DNA of 64,000 nt from Tetramitus jugosus (taxonomy: Eukaryota; Protista; Heterolobosea). Positions 57,537-64,000 of the stretch are shown here, in pieces. A program made the position numbers and the translations under genes. The DNA lies in assembly GCA_937625935.1 (NCBI GenBank), contig OW569392.1, forward strand, positions 186,001 through 250,000, read 5' to 3'. Under the pieces are notes generated by a model. The model ran no database searches, had not been told where the DNA came from, and saw only the letters and a list, made by a program, of their open reading frames with translations. How positions within the stretch are numbered: position 1 is the stretch's first letter; each line of letters begins with the position of its first letter.

Positions 57537-58465
57537 TTACTGTTGTTGAGAGTAGCATTGGGAGTAGTGACTGCAATAGAGTGTCTAGTTCTAGGAGATG
57601 GTGCAGATGAAGGTAACAATAGTATAGATGATGAATCTGTTGTTAATGTTGTAGTGTTGGTGTTGGTGTTGTTGGTGGTGAGTGGTAGTACTGCATCTGA
57701 ATTGGTTGTTGTTGTTGTTGATGTTAGGTTGAGACTGAGTGCACGTGCAGAACTGGATCGTGGAGTCATTAACAAGTCTGATGATATGACTGATGGACTT
57801 AACTTTGGTGTTCTAGGTGTACTTGTACTAGTAGTAGTACTAGTAGTAGTCGTTGGTGGAGTAGTAGTTGTTGTTGTTGTGATGGTTGGTTGTTGTTGCT
57901 GTTCTTCTTCTTCTTCATTCGTGTTGGAATTTAATTGTGATAATTGAAGTGGTGGAATGGGTGATGATGAGAGTTGTGAGCATGTTGATGTTGAGTCGGA
58001 TGGTTGTTGTTCTTCTTGTTGTGACAACAAGGGAACTTTTAATAATGATTCATAATCTTCATCATTCTCAGTACTATTATCAGCATTATCATTTGTTTCA
58101 TTCACAACAACAGTATCAACAGTACTATTATTATTATTATTCACAGTAGTAGTATCATCATTGTGATGATCATCAACAGGAGTAATGTTATCACTGTTGG
58201 ATAATACATCGGTTGAATCTTCCTTTGTGATGAGCGGTGATGACTCCTTACAGTCATCATCTTTATCATCACTATCATTGTTATCATTGTTATCATTATC
58301 AGAAGGGGTAGTGCCGGTAGATACAAAATTGGTTGTTGTTGAATTTTCATCATCATTGTTGTGGTTCACATTGGAATTAGGTTCGACATTTTCGACATTA
58401 TCAACTACATGGTTCATGACGTCATGAACAGTTGTTGTTAATGGTTGTTGTTGGTTGTCGTCCAT
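52718..58465 (-). CDS. Formin (GBD/FH3, FH1 polyproline, FH2)
   Basis: SFIQIGGLGLL and VLEAMNHYK..RFSSLV (GBD/FH3); FH1 PPPP-M(I/M)GGG repeats at about 54700-54880; FH2 INWDEIERQY, SFLDANQNRQI, IPRLKQK, VYGFKLLFLTKLED. Confidence 0.93.
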
Positions 58466-59132
58466 TTTTTTTTTCAAGTGTGAATGAAACGGATTGTGTG
58501 TTGTGAAAGATGTTATCGTTGTTGTTGTTTGATGTTTTTTTGCTGTTTGGGTTCCCGAACAAAATTTGAACAACGGATTTTCTACTGGGCACTGTGTCTG
58601 TCTGTTTGTTTGTTTGTTATAAGCCGAGATAGATCTCGATGCACAAAAAGATTCTCAACTGTATGTTGTGAGAGATAAGAGTAGATTATGATGATAATTA
58701 CGTGTGATATTTCGTGTCCTTGATCTTGACCTCAGTTTAATCCGTGCCTTCAAAATCGGGTTACTTTTGTGAGCTGAGGGAGAATCGTAAGCGAATCACC
58801 CAAACTATCGTTCTAATTTTTTTGTCCGAAGTGATGTGACAAGCGTTGTCATTTGTCTTGAACTTCCGAAATTCCATAATTAACCGACCTTGTTATCCAC
58901 ATTTGCTGTAGTTGAACGATTGTGAGGACATTGCGATTGTGAGCTCATTGAATCTCCAAGTGAAAAACACATGCAATTCCCCCTTCAGACTTAGGATGAA
59001 AAAAACAAGAAGAAAACACGACGACATACACAATCGATTCCGATTCGACAGGGTCCATGAAGCTGTCATTCACCACAAACAATTTTGAATAAACAAACAA
59101 CAAGCAAACAATCATTTTTCAATTGAAACAAC

Positions 59133-62100
59133 ATGGGAAACAAAAACTCATCAGACAATCGACATCAACAACAACAACAACAATTAAATGTCATTGTCAA
59201 TCATCCCAACAACCATAACAACAGCAACAATAATCTCATTACTCCCAAAGATGGCATTCAAATCCCTATTCCACTCGACAACATCAACAATACAACAAAT
59301 ACTACCATCAACAACAACAATAATCAATCACAAGAGAACAATAACAAACAACTACAACAACAACAAAATAAACAACAACAATCAAGTGAAGATTATGTCG
59401 TACTCAACAAGACTCACTTTCATCAAACAGAATACAAACTCATTCGACAACGTTTCAAATTCTTTTGTCGGAGATGTCTCTCTGATATGAACAACAATAC
59501 CAATAATAATAATAGTACCAACAATAATAACAATCATAAACTATACTTGTATAGAGATGAGATGCTACCGATATTTTTCCCTCAGAATCAAGTGTTTAAT
59601 GAACAGGAGACTCATGTGTTGCACTCTATTTTTCAAGCACTCAGAAATCATAATAATAATAATAATAACAACAACAACAACAACAATAATAATAATAACA
59701 CGAGTAATAATGGTAATAGTAATCAGAATGAATTGGAACAAGTAGTAACATTTGAAGAGTTTGCCATTTGTTTATCAATTGCTATTCGAGGCAAAGCACA
59801 TGAAAAGTTGAAATGTATGATGATGTTACTGTTACTGTATTTGATACATGATGATTGTTATTATATTCACTCACTCACTCACTCTTACATGGATGCATTT
59901 ATGAAAATTATGTTAATGATAATGATAGTTTCCTATTCGATATTGGATCCAGAATCAAGAGGATATATAACGCGAGAATCAGTCATGAAAAGCATGAACG
60001 CACTTCGAGACATGTCAATCTTACCTAGTATCACCACTCCTACTCCTTCTACTCCAACAACAGCAACAACAGCAATGAACAATGTTAATTTAATCAATGA
60101 CGAAAGTACTCTAATCATTAATCACAATGATAATAACAACAACAACAACAACAACAACAATAGTAGTAGTAGTATATCGATTGAATCGATTGTGAATGAC
60201 TTTTTTGGTCATGATCAATCACTGTCATTGTCCATGTACATGGAACGACTAGGTCACTCACAATCATCATCATCATCATCACATGCTACTATACCACCAC
60301 CATCACCATCACCACTACTACAATCATCATCATCATCATCATCATTGATTACAAGCATGTTGTTGGATGGGTTAGGAGTCTATGAACAATTCTTTTTTCC
60401 ATTCATGAAACCTGTCATCATGTTCCTGAGTCGAAGTGATCCCTATGAAATACGAGGCATGTTGAAAACAGGAATGGTATGGTCCTATTATGAGATTAAG
60501 GATGGTAATTTTATACGTTACAAGAGCAAGAATTCTTCTGCTTCATCATCAACAACATTGAATAGTCCTTCTGTATCACCTAGAAGTAATGATAACAATG
60601 GAGGTAATAGTAGTGCTAGTAGTAGTAGTAAGAAGGGAATGAAAAAGAGCAAAAAGAGAAAAACTTTATCGGCAACAGATGCTGATGATGCGAATAATGA
60701 TGGTGGTAATGGTGATGATCAAGCAAGTGAAATTGGTACAAGTAGTCGATTGGATGCGAGGAGCAGTAGTGCGACGAATAGTCAATTTTTGAGTTCACCT
60801 ACGCCGACAAAAGGTCGTGGTGGTGCTGCACACAGTCGCACACCCAGTTTCAACTACAATTCCTATCATCATCAACAATTGCAGTATCAGCATCCTCAAC
60901 TCGTGATTGATCACATGATTCCATTGAAGGACTGTAGAGCAGTTGAGGAAGTACCAGACAAGTCCAATGCGTTTATTCTGACGGATCACAAGGGCAATCG
61001 TCTCACTTTTCTTGTCGATAATCGATCTCAACATCAAAATGATCAGAACAATCAGGTTGCAGCGAGACAGGACTGGGTATTCTGTATACTATTGTATTTC
61101 AAGGGTGCGAATGAACATCGCTACAATTCATTTGCACCAGTGAGACTAAGAACGAGAACGAGATGGTACGTGGATGGTAGAGAGGGTTTCTTAGCCATTG
61201 CAAGAGCGATTGAAGGAGCGCGTGAACAAGTGTTCATCACTGGTTGGATGTTGTCTCCACTGTTGCCACTCATTAGAGATGATGATCCCTCTTGTACTCA
61301 TTTTAGATTGGACACATTGTTGAAGAGAAAGGCAAGTCAAGGTGTTCAGATCTTTGTGATCATTTGGGCAGAGACAGCCATTGTGGGTTTGAATCTGGAG
61401 TCGTACAAGGTGAAGAGATACTTGAGATCGTTGCACCGTAACATTCATGCCATCACTGCCCCTAAAAAGTTTCCAGTTGAATGGTCTCATCATCAAAAGA
61501 CAGTTGTTGTAGATCAATCGATGGCTTTGCTGGGTGGTTTAGATATGGCGTGGGGTCGTTATGATGATCTAGAGCACAAAATTACTGACAACAATCATTG
61601 CAAGCTGACATGGCCGGGCAATGACTATTGTCTTCCATCTGTTAAAGGATTTCTAAAGTTCAACAACAAGCTTGATGCCTTCTCAGATGCAGTGGATAGA
61701 GACTATCATGCCCGTATGGCATGGCATGACGTTCATTGCAGCGTGACAGGTGAGGCAGCCGCTGATGTTGCGCGAAACTTTATACAGCGATGGAACTATC
61801 AAACAAAAGCAACCGGAACGCCAAAGGAACTAATTGTGAAGAATGTCGCGCCTGCAATCACTCCAAGCATGAATCCATTCAGTATATCTGGTCTTAATAT
61901 TCGTGACAAGTGGCAAACACTGAGAAAGAAGTCACAGTTCTCTCTGGCTCATCTCAGAAGCCCTCACGATCCACCAGAGCTGGATGAAGATGAGGAAACA
62001 TGGGTCAATACTGATGAATCATCAGAGCAACAACCCAATTTATCTCGTATGCTGTTCCCAAAGAAGCGAAAGAGCATTGTCTCACACAGCAAGCTTTTGA

Positions 62101-63807
62101 GAGATTTACTTGAGAAGGAGAAGAGCAAATCATACAATAAGAATGTTCCAGATGAAGGTTTCTATACCAAGTGTCAAGTGCTGAGATCCATTACCAACTG
62201 GTCAGGTGGTGGAAGAACAGAACGGTCAATTATGGAGGCATACATTGATCTGATCAACAAGGCCAAGCACTACATTTACATTGAGAACCAATACTTTATT
62301 TCGAGCACTGCAGATGGAGGACAAGTCAAGAACACGATCGTCGAGCATTTGTTGAATAGAATTAGAAGGGCAATACGTGACAAGGAAACTTTTCGTGTAT
62401 TTGTTGTTTTGCCCAATCATCCTGACGGCAATCTGGGAGAAAGTTCTTTGCAACAAGTGATGAAGTGGCAATACAGAACAATCAATCGATCACCTACCTC
62501 AATCCTGCAGACTCTTGCTCGAGAGTTTCCCAATGTTGAACTCGAGAAGTACATTGGATTCTTCTGTTTGAGAAGCCATGGTTTCTTGAGCAATGATCAT
62601 GTCTATGAGGATCTTCAAGGATATCTCAATGATGAGATTAATGATGATGATACGTTCTCTGTCAATTCAGCCTACACAAATCAAGGTTATACTGGATTGA
62701 AGGCAGTTACTGAACAAGTTTATGTTCATTGTAAGCTAATGATTGGTAAGTTTACTTTTTTGTTGTATATTCTTGTTGTTGTTCGACGCATTAATGTGTA
62801 ACTAACATAATCAATGAACTCTCTTAGTGGACGATTTGTATACCATCATTGGTTCGGCCAATCTGAACGATCGCTCTATGCTCGGTGACAGAGACAGCGA
62901 AATTGCAATCATAACAGAAGATGAAGAGTTCTACTCAACAAAGATGAACGGAAACAGATATAAGGCAGGTAAATTTGCCTTCTCTCTTCGAATGAGACTG
63001 TGGAGAGAACATTTGGGACTGTTTGAGGATTTGTATGATGCGGATGACGATGAGGAAATTGAAGATCTCGAGAACACTCAACAATTCTCAGTGAGAAAAA
63101 AGTTGAAGGATACATTCGATAAACAAGTCATGAAAACCAAGATCAATAAGATTCGAGATGCAATCATTGATCCAATATCTTCCAAGACTTATGAACGAGT
63201 ATGGTTGATGAATGCCAAGAGAAACACACAAATTTATGAGTCTGTCTTTCCCAGTTTCACACCGTCGAGCAAATTCAAGACTGTGAAGGCCTACTACGAA
63301 GCAAGGAACAATCAACAAAAGGAATACAAGAACAAGCTCGAAGAGTTACAACAACAGATTCAAAATGAAGAAGAGAAGAGATTTATTCAATTATTGCAGG
63401 AGAAGGAGCAAGAAAAGTTCGATGTTGGCTCGAATGAAGACAACAAGATACTTGCAGCTGCCACTCTTCAAGTGGATGAAACCATGACAACAGACACAGA
63501 GACACATGCTGACTCTGCGACAACTGACATTGAAGACCATTCGCTCTATCGACCACGCTCAGGTTCGACAATGGAGGGCGGTACTCCTATCCACCAGCGC
63601 ACATTATCAACAACAAGCACGAGGGATGATGTCACTGCCTCCATTAGCACTCCTCGGAAGTTGAGAGAAGATGAACTGCATAAGCGTCAAGAATTGTCAA
63701 AGATTCAGGGTCACTTAGTCATGTTCCCATTGAACTTTTGCTATGGTGACAAATTTGTGAAATCCTATCAACTTCGAATGGTTGTTGATGATAACATATT
63801 TATATAA
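59133..63807 (+). CDS. PLD: Phospholipase D with N-terminal myristoylation motif, EF-hand region and PH domain; exons 59133-59814, 59929-62745, 62828-63807
   Basis: HKD1 HQKTVVVD; HKD2 HCKLMI|VDD..IGSANLNDRS; RYNSFAPVR, WYVDG, IYIENQYF. EF-like VTFEEFAICLS..EKLK|FSYSILDPESRGYITR. Introns 59815-59928 and 62746-62827. Confidence 0.93.
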
Positions 63808-64000
63808 AATCTTGTCAACTACCGTCTGAAGTCAAGAGACGACCTATACAACTAGTTATGAATGTTTTTTCTATTTATTCCCTCCCTACACTGTGTATGG
63901 CATGCATTCGATCCTGATTCGATCGATAAGCTTCTTAAGCGTGGGTTCATCTGTTGCACCCAAGCGCACCCTTCCAAACGCACGTGCCAACTCACTCTGC

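Noticed and set aside
57015-58427. Hydrophobic poly-V/L ORFs that look like membrane proteins (also near 1990-2214, 23762-24439, 25411-26174)
   Set aside because: Alternate-frame or antisense translations of CAA/AAT/TCA microsatellite-like coding tracts.

Overview
Gene-dense, intron-poor, AT-rich eukaryotic (protist) nuclear DNA. Many proteins carry poly-Q/N/T/S tracts, and the introns are GT-AG spliceosomal. The gene mix (basal-body protein SSNA1, fungal-type Zn2Cys6 factor, class III cyclase relic, Ach1) suggests a free-living amoeboflagellate such as a Naegleria-like heterolobosean; this is inference only. About 24 intact genes are supported: RING/TRAF/WD40 (TRAF7-like), FCP1, SRP14, nucleoplasmin-FKBP, BCNT/Swc5, SSNA1, secreted Kelch, GlyRS, Nta1, tandem cyclophilin, PKA-C, eIF3h, ESRP/Fusilli-like, Zn2Cys6 factor, VPS13, YhhN, Ach1 (internally deleted), F-box/LRR, ACBD5-like, stand-alone C-CAP, an orphan, a CBM52-like secreted protein, formin and EF-hand/PH phospholipase D. 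Two accessory tracts (about 40-46 kb and 48.6-52.3 kb) hold decayed ORFs. Main observations: (1) a 721-nt intron containing six nested, colinear inverted repeats that could fold it into a rod with an effective length like the other introns; (2) a full ESRP/Fusilli-type architecture in a protist; (3) repeated fusion of the TAA stop codon with the AATAAA poly(A) signal; (4) a 371-nt insert flanked by an exact 18-bp direct repeat. No rRNA, tRNA or CRISPR array was recognised. All family calls are from motif recognition by eye, without database searches.
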